From positions 110,794,001 to 110,858,000 of the forward strand of contig OX597823.1 in NCBI GenBank assembly GCA_951406725.2: a stretch of 64,000 bases of DNA, given 5' to 3'. The stretch's first letter is position 1. Every line of letters begins with the position of its first letter. Shown piece by piece: positions 26,891-39,172 of this stretch. This DNA is from Octopus vulgaris (taxonomy: Eukaryota). A program made the translations under genes and the position numbers. The notes under the pieces are model-generated. The model was not told the origin of the DNA and ran no database searches. It was given only the letters and a program-made list of their open reading frames with translations.

Positions 26891-27325
26891 ATATATATAC
26901 ATATGTATGTGTGTATGTATATGTGTGTATGTGTTTGTCCCCACCACCATCGCTTGACAACCGATGTTGGTTTGTTTATGTACCCGTAACTTAGCAGTTC
27001 AACAAAAGAGACTGATAGAATAAGTACTAGGCTTCCAAAGAATAAGTTCTGGGGTTGAAATGTTCATCTAAATGCAGTGCTCCAGCATGGCTGCAGTCAA
27101 ATGACTGAAACAAGTAAAAGAACAAAAGAATTTTAAAAATCATTGGTTGGGATATCTGATGCATTGTAATCTCATCTGTTATTGATTCCTAGTTTCTCTG
27201 CCATTGGGATGTTTTGCTTGAGATTTACTTTCACTTTCACCATATTTATTCTTAGAATATGGAACTGTGTCCATGATCAAGTTGCATTAGTGTGACAAAA
27301 ACTGTGACACATCAAGAAATAAGTC

Positions 27326-27582
27326 CATTATTTACACTTACATTTCACAGATATTTGTCCTCATCTTCTTTGTTATTAACACGTTTTGGTTGATGCACTC
27401 TCCAGCCTTTATCAGGTATCCTGAGGGAATTTCGAACCTGGGTTCTCATTCCTAGGGTTTTTTCTGACAACGATGACAACGTCATCGTCATCATCATCAT
27501 CATCCAGGTCACTGCCTGGAATCAAACTCGGAATCTTGGGGTTAGTAGCTCGCGCTCTTAACTACTACGCCATATACCCGTG
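27326..27582 (-). mobile_element. tRNA-headed SINE (family E) with hammerhead-like 3' part
   Basis: A box TGGCGTAGTAG and B box GAGTTTGATTCC; downstream CTGATAA-a-ggctg...caacc-AAAAC. Confidence 0.65.
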
Positions 27583-27694
27583 GGCAATTATGGAGTGAAT
27601 TTTAAGGCTTATAAATCTAATATTTTCTTATCCTTCCTCAATACCAGTTCCCATATGCTACTCATATCTACACTCGGTCTGCTTAGGAGGTTAC

Positions 27695-28071
<377 letters not shown>

Positions 28072-29129
28072 CTTTGAAGCCTATTTTGTAACATATTATA
28101 TTTGAAGTGCTGTTTGTTTTTTGCACCTTTACACTAAATCCCCACCCCTTTCGCTCTTTTTCCTGGTTTCACACAACGAAATATTACAACTAAATAAGAA
28201 CGTCTTATCTATTTAACTATACAATCAATACAATTTTTAAAATAAAGCACTAAATTGATGTAAAGCTACGTATTTCTTTTAATCAAAATAATAAAAGCAA
28301 CTGTAATTTAGATGTAATCTCATATGTATATATTCTGTTTTCCTTTTCAAGCTGTTTATATATAACATATCTGAGTATAATTTAACTGAGTGTAAATATA
28401 ATTGTTTAAGATAACAACCAAAAATATTCTTTTAGTGTTTTTGTAGGTTAGCAGCAAAAATCTTACTATTTATCTGTTCTATCTTTATGGGTTTTCTCAT
28501 AACATATCGATATAATAAAAGGATAAAATCGCTTTTGTTTCTAAAAACTCTTATCACCTTTACCCTGAATATTTCTATTTCATACCCATTTCTCTCACTT
28601 TGTTAATATGTTTTTAAATAGATTCATTGAGTACACCTATTAAAACCGATATAAATGTTTTTTTATGTATCTGTTGTTACATTGTTAATTTAATTTCTTT
28701 TTGCTTGCTAGATCTTAAGGATGGGACAGTGTCCATAACCTTTGCACGCCTTGAAGACAAGTGAAAGTGATGTCATTACCTTTCTGCTTAAATTTAGTAA
28801 ATATATATCTGTAGGAATGATGTGTGTGGGTGAAGGAGGAATTCCGGAAGGACATATCCAGTGAAAGAAGGCCTGGGCACAGTGATTAATTAGTGCAGAG
28901 CCTGAAGCAGTTAACAATAACAAGAGTGATATGAGGAGGAGATGGGAGTGGAACAGGTAACATGACCCCCCTGCCACTTCTCGAAAAAGAAGTCACTATA
29001 CTAGTAGCAGAAAAGGCACAGATAGGTGACAGTGACACCTAGTGAACAAAAGCTGGAATTCATTTATCAGTGACTTTATGATGATTATTTGGATGTAGTG
29101 TTATGTGTGAATATATATATACAAATATA

Positions 29130-29209
<80 letters not shown>

Positions 29210-29210
<1 letters not shown>

Positions 29211-29962
29211 GACGTTCTCAAATGATCTTTGTACTTGTGATATTTTATTGTTTTTACCTCCATATCTTCGTGAGTTATTTTTGAGTAAACATTATCTGAG
29301 AGAAATTTTCTTAAAGTAGTGGAAATGGCTAAAAAACTTTTTGGCTGCTATTTCTAGAAAGTTCAGTATGTGGCAAAGTAATTTATTTTACTAAGCCCTA
29401 ATTATATAATGTAATATTTTGAATTCACCTTAAATGGTCCTTTTACATACTGAACACTACTTTGGTGATATTGATTAATAACTAATTAATTTTACCATCA
29501 ATTGTTGATATTATAATTCCTTTCTCTCTGTTCTATTGCTTCGGTTCTCACCGTTAAAATATATGTTTACTAGATAACTCACGTGGGTGGAAGGGGAGAG
29601 AACATGAATCTTCGCTCGTACATTTTGAATTTGCTAGTACTGGCAGTCTGAGCGTGTTCGTCTGAGGGGTATGTTCATTCTTTTAGTGCTTTCAAATCCA
29701 AAATTAAGAAATGTTGAGCTGACGAAGGAAATGCTGAGTTTTATTTGGCTAATCTAGAAACGTTGACGTTCTCAAATGATCTTTGTACTTGTGATATTTT
29801 ATTGTTTTTACCTCCATATCTTCGTGAGTTATTTTTGAGTAAACATTATCTGAGAGAAATTTTCTTAAAGTAGTGGAAATGGCTAAAAAACTTTTTGGCT
29901 GCTATTTCTAGAAAGTTCAGTATGTGGCAAAGTAATTTATTTTACTAAGCCCTAATTATATA

Positions 29963-29964
<2 letters not shown>
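29210..29964 (+). mobile_element. Family K element: 554-nt unit with 201-bp terminal direct repeat, TA-flanked
   Basis: 29210-29410 identical to 29764-29964; no long ORF; hammerhead motif at the repeat junction. Confidence 0.85.
29714..29775 (+). ncRNA. Type I hammerhead ribozyme (weakened stem II)
   Basis: ttgag-CUGACGA-agga...tcta-GAAA-cg-ttga-cg-UU-ctcaa. Confidence 0.6.
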
Positions 29965-30021
<57 letters not shown>

Positions 30022-30027
30022 ATAATA

Positions 30028-30865
30028 ATATTAAGGAGTAAATCCAAATTTACAGGGAAAAATTTGATTTAGGATTAAATCCAATTTCACAGTATAAATA
30101 TAAATTAAATTAGAGATAAAACCACTATTAGGCAAATCAAACGATGAAAAACATAAACCAAAACATAAAAATAAACATAATTAATATAATATACAAAATA
30201 TATATATAACCTATAAAATTTAAAATTTAAATAATTTAAATTTTAAATTTTATATTTTACTAGCAGTATCGCCCGGCGTTGCTCGGGTTTGTAAGGGAAA
30301 TAACTATATAAGCATTTTTAGAGAGTTACTTCCCTTATAAATTCGGGCTTTCTTAGCCATTTTTGTTTTGGTGTCTTCAAGCCATGAAGTCGTTGTTCTA
30401 AAAGAACGCTGGTTTCCTTCACAACGCATTACGACGTTGATTTCTTTACACTCCCTTCCCCACAGCTTCACGAGGGAGGGAAGGGGGAGAAGCAAACAGG
30501 TGCAGCTGTGAGCGTGGACGCCAACTCCGCCGCCATCGACACACGATGCATTTTATGCATTAAAATGGAATAAAAAATGATGTTAAATTATTTTTAAAAT
30601 CGTAGACTCATCGTTGACACGCGCTAATAGTCAGACGGGCTCGATATGAATCACGACTATAAGATACCCGAATTTGGTTAAACTGCACCGCAAAATGTGG
30701 GAGGAGTTAGGAATCTAAATCGAAGGGGACAGACACTCACACAACTAGAGTTTTATATATATAGATATATTTTGTATATTATATTAATTATGATTATTTT
30801 TATGTTTTTCATTGTTTGATTTGCCTAATAGTGGTTTTATCTCCAATTTAATTTATATATATATT
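30028..30865. mobile_element. Family D element with inverted-duplicated end, split by a Helitron
   Basis: GGAGTAAATCCAAATTTACAGGGAAAA start shared with 21112, 38675 and 58398; about 30100-30208 is inverted at about 30766-30860. Confidence 0.7.
30260..30765 (-). mobile_element. Complete non-autonomous Helitron (506 bp)
   Basis: 5' TCTATATATATAAAA; 3' hairpin CCCGAGCAACGCCGGG followed by CTAG; inserted between A and T with no TSD. Confidence 0.9.
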
Positions 30866-31044
30866 GTATATAAATAAAAGGGGCAGGCAACAGGTTGCTT
30901 AGCTACAAACCGAAAAATTAGAAATAGCTGTCAAAGACTGTTTATTTCTATTTTCTACAAATGAGACTCCACATACGACATATCCTTGTAATTCACATAT
31001 GCAAACCAGAAGGAAGAAATAACAAAAGTAAAGTCTAATGGTTA

Positions 31045-31101
31045 TTTACGAACGCGTTTCTAGATTAGAAATATAAACTCCATGTCTTTCATCAGCGTAA
31101 A
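31045..31101 (-). ncRNA. Minimal type I hammerhead ribozyme (Penelope-like)
   Basis: tttacg-CUGAUGA-aaga...tcta-GAAA-cgcg-UU-cgtaaa; palindromic ACGCGU in place of stem III. Confidence 0.65.
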
Positions 31102-31133
31102 CCTCCTCTTAAATAGATTTTTCAAATGCTACG

Positions 31134-31206
<73 letters not shown>

Positions 31207-31386
31207 ATATTCATGTATACATATATATGTGTATATATGTGTGTCATCATCATCATCATCGTTTAACGTCCGCTTTCCATGCTAGCATGGGTTGGACGGT
31301 TCAACTGGGGTCAAATGCTACGTATGTATATATATATATATGTATGTATATATTCATGTATGCATATATATGTGTATGTATGTGTA

Positions 31387-31433
<47 letters not shown>

Positions 31434-31468
31434 GTATGTATATATATGTATGTATATCTATCTATCTA

Positions 31469-31517
<49 letters not shown>

Positions 31518-31521
31518 AAAG

Positions 31522-31595
<74 letters not shown>

Positions 31596-32072
31596 ACACA
31601 CACACACAATATACCGTTTCTGTGTACATTAATCAGTGAGGGATTGTTGCAGAAGACACTCGGCCAAAATGCCAAGCAATGAGACTGAACTTGGAGTCAT
31701 GTGGTAGCAAAGTGAACTTCTTAACTAGAAATGTATACGCGCGTGTGTGTGTGTATAATATCTATATATATATTTAGATATTTCACATTGTCAGATAATT
31801 CAACTAATCCCAATACAATGAACTAAAACAATCCGATATTACAAGTAAATATATAATCTTAATCTTAATTTCATAATATTGATTATTTTTATATAATCAC
31901 AAGTAATCTATAATTTAAGTTATTGTATTTATTATTTTTCATTTTTTTACTTTCCTTTTGTTTGATGCCATAACGATGTAGAAATTAAATTGTCAAAAAT
32001 AATTAAAAATAAATAAAGGAAAACAATTTAAGCAATTTAAGAATATGTAAAAAGGCCATATGTACAACTTTT

Positions 32073-32512
32073 TCATCATCATCATCGTGTAACGTCCGCT
32101 TTCCATGCTAGCATGGGTTGGATGATTTGATTGAGGGCTGGCAAACCAGATGGCTGCACCAGGCTCCAATCTTGATCTGGCAGAGTTTCTACAGTTGGAT
32201 GCCCTTCCTAATGCCAACCAATCCGAGAGTGTAGTGGGTGCTTTTTACGTGTCACCAGCACGGACGCCAGTCAGGTGGTACTGGCAATGAACTCGCTCGA
32301 ATCTTTTTACACATGCCACCGGCACAGGTGCCAGTAAGGCGACATTGGTAATAATCACGCTCGAATGGTGCCCTTTCACGTGCCATGGGCACGGAAGCCA
32401 GTTGGCTGCTCTGGCAACGATCATGCTCGGATGGTACTCTTGGTACCCTACTAGCACGGGCACAAGTGCCAGTAAAGCGACGTTGGTAATGATCGCACTT
32501 GAATGGTGCCCT
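32073..32512 (-). mobile_element. Family C retroposon
   Basis: (CAT)n tail at 32073 and ~70-bp subrepeats; continues at 32870-32990 after a SINE A tail. Confidence 0.8.
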
Positions 32513-32810
32513 TAGAAATTGCCATATGAAATATCATTTATTATTGTCTGTTGAAAATGGGACTAGTATCTTTTTACTTTTTACTCTTTTTACTCTTTTA
32601 CTTGTTTCAGGCATTTGACTGCGGCCATGCTGGAGCACCACCGTTTATCGAGCAAATCAACCTCAGGACTTATTCTTTGTAAGCCTAGTACTTATTCTAC
32701 TGGTCTCTTTGGCCGAACCGCTAAGTTACAGGGACGTAAACACACCAGCATCAGTTGTCAAGCGATGTTGGGGGAAAAACAGACTCACACACACACACAC
32801 ACATACATAC

Positions 32811-32867
<57 letters not shown>

Positions 32868-33424
32868 CATGCTCGGACGGTGCTCTTGGCACCCTACTAG
32901 CACGGACACAAGGGCCAGTAAGGCGACACTGGTAACGATCACACTCAAATGGTGCCTTTTATGCGCCACTGGCATGGAAGCCGGTTAGCTGAGAATCTTC
33001 CTAGGGAACTCACTAAAAAGCTCTTCAGATGAGCAAACAAATATTTCATTTAGCTGAACAATGATGAATTCATCATTCCATAAATCAAAATATCAATGGC
33101 CAGGTTCCCTTTCAACTTTTAGGTATTAGAAGTACAAACTTCAATAACCAGATATGAGTCCCACCAAAAACATTCATCTGTTTTATATTCATTTGTTTTA
33201 TGTTTATTCATTTCATGTTAATTTCTCTGTATTAAAATGAGTTGGACGAACCCATGTTATTGAAGCATGGTTTTAAAGTTGGACACCCGAATCTTTGCCT
33301 GTTTTCTCAGCTAAACTTGTCTTCCAGGACAGCTCAATGATGATTCTGTCGACGGGGAATAGCAATAAACATTAATGTTTTTAATTCAGCTCTAAGATGT
33401 ACCATGTAAATCTTCACAATGATA

Positions 33425-33495
<71 letters not shown>

Positions 33496-33581
33496 TCTCA
33501 CATACTGATATAAATACACACACTCCCACATGTACATGTAATGAGCTTCCTTACAGTTTCTATTTACTAATGTATTCACAA

Positions 33582-33927
33582 GTTTTGGTAGGGGACTTCA
33601 ACAGTCCCTACCAAAACTAACGATTTGGACAACGAAAAACCTGGCTGATGACCACCAAGGTTGATCTGGAACCCAACCTATGCCCCCATATCTACGGCGT
33701 TCACTGCTGGAATAAGGAGTGGTTGGAGATCACGCAGTCGTTAGACTCAAATCGCCAGGCCTGGTCGGCGTTTGTGAGAGATGCAGCATTGAGGATAAAT
33801 GAAGCCAGCTCAACCCACCCCAGGTGAATGCTGTAAGAAGAAGAAGGAGAAGAAGAAGAAGAAGAAGAAGAAGAAGAAGAAGAAGAAGAAGAAGAAGAAG
33901 AAGAAGAAGAAGAAGAAGAAGAAGAAG
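33582..33927 (+). mobile_element. RTE-clade LINE 3' end with (AAG)n tail and 13-bp TSD
   Basis: GQRKTWLMTTKVDLEPNLCPHIYGVHCWNKEWLEITQSLDSNRQAWSAFVRDAALRINEASSTHPR*; TSD AATGTATTCACAA at 33569-33581 and 33928-33940. Confidence 0.85.
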
Positions 33928-34938
33928 AATGTATTCACAACACATTTGGATGGCACAAGACCACAGTACAAGACACTTGCCCAAGGTTTTTCACAGTGAG
34001 ATAGAACTGGAAGCCCCTTGATTACAAAGAAAACTCTGTACCTACAGTCACGTTTGTTCTTATAACATTCAATGTGACAGTTATGTTAGCAAATGACAGA
34101 AAAGTTTATGATGAGGAAATATTTTTCATTGAGGCCTTTCACAAACAGACATGAATAGTGCAGACAATATAAAATATCAACTTCACATTGAAACTGTATA
34201 AGTCTCATCTCTCTGTTAGTTTGATTTTTTTTCCTCTACATATTTCAACACAGACAAATCTATATGAATTATAGAAATCTGTCATTTAAAACTTGTATAT
34301 TTTGCCAAAATATGATATCATAAGATATAGAAATATAAAAAAAAAAATGACGTTGCTTTACATATTTTTAAAATAACTTCTGTTTTTCTTACATTTTTCT
34401 TTGTTTCTTTATTTTTTGTTTTTTTTATTGCAATTATATTTTTCATCATCCTCTCACTCACCCTCTCTGTGTGTGCATGTATGTGCGAAAATGTTGCCAA
34501 ATTAAGACAAGTTATTTATCCTTGTATAACATTGAAGAAATATCTTATAAGAATAAATTTCTTAAAATAAATCAAAATGAGTTGAAGTTTGCTGTAAAGT
34601 TTTGAATTGTGTATTTTTATTGCTTTTTGTTGTTGTTATATTTGCCATTAATATTGTTGTTGTTGTTGTTATTATCATCATTTGTCTCATCATAATGTTA
34701 TTTTAAGTTTGGTTTTCTTACATCTATTACATTCATGTTTGGTGAAATAAAGATGTATTAGAAATGAATTTGATAAATTCAAAATATTAATGTTTAAAAT
34801 CTATAAGTTGAAATAACAAAAAAATACAGACAGATTCATACACTCACACACTCATACACACACACACGTTTACACACAGATGCATGCATTTACACTCATT
34901 CACATTTATATATGTACACATACATATATATATGTGTG

Positions 34939-35910
34939 TACAAGATCTGATCAATATGTGTGTGTATAAGAATCTGGACTGTTGCCATAGTAACGAAGTT
35001 AAAGCATGCAGAGTGAAGCTGCTTGGCTCAGATTGACCTTGAAATCTGCTGTGGATGCACACTAAGTTTTAACATTCTAGTTCCCTCCTGCTGCTTACAG
35101 CAGTGCTTGGAAGGAAGGTGTGTAGCATGTGATCATAGCGTTGACAGTGACAGAGAAAGTTGTCACGGTAATACCTGTTCAGAGGCTGATGCAAAGTTGC
35201 AGAAAGTGTATGGAGAAGAGTATATGAGCCATACACAAGTGTACAAGTGGTTCAGCCATTTCTATGATGGCCAAAAATATATCGATATTGACGAACTTTC
35301 TGGGAGACCCGCAACCAGCAGAACTGAAGAAAACATCACTGATGTGCATGCATTTCTCTGTATTAAAATGGGTTGGACGAACCCATGTTATTGAAGCATA
35401 GTTTTAAAGTTCTCAACTAAACTTGTCTTCCAGCACAGCTCAATGATGATTTATCAGAGGATGTGCAGATTAGTTGTGGTTCAGTTCAGTTCATTATCAC
35501 TGAAGATTTGGGTATGAGACACATATCTGCCAAGTTTGTACCAAAGCTGCTTTCAACTGACCAAAAAGATACCCGGGCTTCAGTTGCACAAGATCTTCTT
35601 GATTGTGTTGAGAATGATGAAAGCTTTTTGAAAACTTTGCATAGGCCTCTAAGCAGGCATTGCCAAGCTTTTGTCAAAATTTGATGCAGATTCTCTGCAC
35701 AACTTTCTCTGTCATGTTCATTGTGATGATCACATGCTACACACCTTCCTTCCCAGCACTGCTGTAAACAGCAGAATTGAGCTAGAATGTTAAAACTTAG
35801 TGCACATGTACAACGGTGTTTAAGATCAATCTTTTCCAACTGGGTCCACTTTGCATGCTTTAGTTTGTTACTATGGCAACACTCCTGATCCTTATTGATC
35901 AGACCATGTA
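34939..35910 (+). mobile_element. Non-autonomous mariner derivative with long inverted ends
   Basis: Transposase N-terminus (LQKVYGEEYMSHTQVYKWF...SGRP; ITEDLGMRHISAKFVPKLL); right end about 35632-35910 is an inverted copy of the left end; TA boundaries. Confidence 0.85.
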
Positions 35911-36263
35911 TGTAATATGCCTGTATAAATGCAACTCAGGAGCAATATTTATCTCTGCATGTACGCCATAGTTAGACCTGACAGAAGAATAGAAGAACAG
36001 AAGAATCGCTTCTTTTAAATCTTTCTACAGACTACTTCAATCATGAGTGACTTCACCAATGTGGTTGGCAACTTAAATGGACATCTTGGTAAACAAGATG
36101 ATAGATTCTGGAGACTATGTGTATGGTTCAAGCAATGAAGAGGATGTAAGGCCTTGAATTTCTTGGAGTCGCCTTATTTAAGGAGGTACTGTAACAGAAG
36201 ATAATGTGGAGGAAACAGATATAGAAGATCAAAGATTCTGCAATTCGGAATAGGTTTAGAAAT

Positions 36264-36499
36264 TTTCTTTTTCTTTACTACCCTCAAGGGGTAAACACAG
36301 GGGGGACATACAAGGACAGACAAACAGATTAAGTCGATTACAGTGACTCCAGTGCATAACTGGTACTTAATTTATCGACCCCGAAAGGATGAAAGGCAAA
36401 GTCAACTTCAGCGGAATTTGAACCCAGAACGTAACAGCAGACGAAATACGGATATGCATTTCGCCTGGTGTGCTAAAGTTTCTGCCAGCTTGGCACCTT
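36264..36499 (-). mobile_element. SINE B with 13-bp TSD
   Basis: TAGGTTTAGAAAT at 36251-36263 and 36500-36512. Confidence 0.9.
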
Positions 36500-37244
36500 T
36501 AGGTTTAGAAATATTGTAACTGATGCATATGACTGTAAGAAGAGAGATTTGGATACAACTTAAGACTACAAATCAGGGAAAGTGCCAGCCAAGCCAAAGA
36601 TAATGGTGTGGTAGAATGGCATGTTTGATAGGGTAAATAAAAGTGAAGATTCAAGTTTGAAAATTTTGGAGGAAGGTGGTAGTAGGCAGAATTACCAAAT
36701 GGTTATAAAAACAGCAAGTCAACAGGTATACTTGGTGAGGCAGAAAAGAAAAAAATTACACATATTCTGCAACATGAGGATCAGAAATATAAAGTGTTTT
36801 GGATTGTGAAACAATGTGTGAGAGAGAACTGGGACGTTATTTGTGAGAAGTGTATTTGGAATGATGAAAGCATATTTGTTATAATTATGGAAGACAAGAA
36901 ATGGGGTGGAAGTGCAATTATGAAAGGCTGCTGAACATGGAACATACATAGGATAAAGTATGGCTACTTCGTGCTGATTCTATAAAGGGTCCAGCAATTC
37001 AAGTTGATCATCGTATAGTCAACAAAGGGATCAAAAACAAAGAGAGGGGAAGCTGTAGGACTATCAAAGATAATTCAGGAGATGCTAAAAATATCTCAGC
37101 GAGCAGGATACATCATCACCCCTGGATAGTTAATCATGTTATACAAGGTGGTGTCACATCTATTGACTGTCATACCAGTGTCATCCTAAACTGGAACAAA
37201 GGCAAAGACGATACCTTAGAAAGATTAACTTAGAGAGATTATAA

Positions 37245-37476
37245 GGTGGCGAGCTGGCAGAAACGTTAGCACACTGGGCAAAATGCTTAGCAGTATTTCA
37301 TCTGCCATTACGTTCTGAGTTCAAATTCCTCTGAGGTTGACTTTGCCTTTCATCCTTTCGAGGTCGATAAATTAAATACCAGTTACGCACTGGGGGTCGA
37401 TGTAATCGACTTAATCCCTTTATCTGTCCTTGTTTGTCCCCTCTATGTTTAGCTCCTTGTGGGTAATAAAGAAATA
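37245..37476 (+). mobile_element. SINE B, full length
   Basis: GGTGGCGAGCTGGCAGAAACGTTAG head, B box, tail GTGGGTAATAAAGAAATA. Confidence 0.9.
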
Positions 37477-38586
37477 AGAGATTAACTATAAATTAATCAA
37501 AGCACTGGATAAAGATATGAGGATCACAGAGAGAGATATAACAAAATTAATTTGTGACAGAGTAGACCTAGATGAAATGTAGTTTGATTTCATACCCAAA
37601 AAAGGAACCATTGATGCAAACTTCCTGGTAAAGCAACTGCATGAGAATTCTTGACTAAAAGTAAACCTCTGTTCAAGGCATTCAAGGATCACTAAGAAAC
37701 CTAGTGGTAGAGAAATTGCTTGTGAGGGTTGTACCAGCCATGTATAAAAATGCAATAAATATACTGAGGGTCGTTTACTTCCCCAGTTTACTGTGTTACA
37801 CTCTGTGACAAAATTTTAATTTTTGCTTTTGTCTTTGGTCAGTAAGTGTTATCTTCTATTTGCTTCTATCCAGAAATCAAAGGATATGACTATTATTCCC
37901 TTCAAAATTTGCATTTGTGACCTGAAGCAGAAATATCGTTAAATATTCTGCTCCATACTGCAGATTTGCATGTAAGTTGCTTGACTTTAACCACTTGAGC
38001 ATGTTTCTTAGTGACTGATAATATGTGCATCTCTGATCATAAGCAAGAGTAGTTGGGGAGCATCATATTCATGTGTTGAGAGAGATTCTTTGGTAATGGC
38101 TACAAAAAAAAATCATTTTTTTATGTATATATTTATGTGTATCTTTGTGTATATATTTGTCACTCACACGGTGGCTTGACAATCAATGCTGGTGTGTTTA
38201 CATCCCTGTAACTTAGCAGTTCTGTAAAAGAAACTGATAAAATAAGTACTAGGCTTACCGAGAATAAGCCTGGGGGTTGATTTTTTCAATAAAAAAAAAA
38301 ACCCCTTTGAGGTGGTGTTCCAGCATGGTCACAGTCAAATGACTGAAGCAAGTAAAAGAAATAAAAGAAAGTAAAAGACATACATACATACATATACAAA
38401 TAGGTGTATATATATATATAATTGGCTGTAAATTTACAGAAGGGACTCAAATGCTAATATTTTTGTGCCTCCATCATAAATTTGACAAATGCCATGTAGA
38501 AAACACTTCAGTCACTATTGTAAATTTTCACATACATACGTACATACATACACACATACATACCAACATACATACATACATACATA

Positions 38587-38664
<78 letters not shown>

Positions 38665-38674
38665 ATAATTATAA

Positions 38675-39100
38675 TATGAGGGAATATTATTCCAAACTTA
38701 CAGGGAAAAATTCAATTTAGAAATACTAAATCAAATTTCACAAAATTAAACATATATATATAAATTAGAAAAAAACTACCTTTTATCAATTCAATAATGC
38801 AAAATTAAATTATACCATTTAGAAAAATTACCTATTATTGCAAGATTAAATATAAGATAACACATATAACGATGATTAAGTAATGTGCAAAATGATAAAT
38901 AAAATGTATATGTATAAATAAAATGTATGCCAAAGATGTACATTTTATTTATTATTTTGCACATTACTTAATCATCGTTATATGTTTTATCGTATATTTA
39001 ATCTTTCTATAATAGGTAATTTTTCTAAATGGTATAATTTAATTTTTCATTATTGAATTGATAAAAGGTGATTTTTTTCTAATTTATATATATATATATA
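38675..39100. mobile_element. Family D element forming a ~155-bp-arm palindrome
   Basis: About 38753-38908 is reverse-complementary to about 38939-39100. Confidence 0.8.
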
Positions 39101-39172
39101 AGTTCAGCAAAATTTAGATTCAGATGAATATGGTACTTAAGTTAAAGGCACCAGAATTTGAAAAATTCTATA

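Larger units (their letters stand above)
26389..27128 (+). mobile_element. SINE family A split by a family F insertion
   Basis: Head 26389-26552 and tail about 26920-27128. Confidence 0.85.
35930..37760 (+). mobile_element. Highly decayed RTE LINE (EN and RT remnants)
   Basis: VGNLNGHLG (GDFNGHVG-like) near 36064; DEM*FDFIPKKGTIDANFLVKQLHE (QFGF..GTTDAIF-like) near 37571. Confidence 0.7.

Noticed and set aside
33645-33670. CTGATGA in the RTE fragment; similar isolated hits near 33033, 42573 and 63113
   Set aside because: No convincing stem I/II/III set; a 6-of-7 motif is expected by chance.
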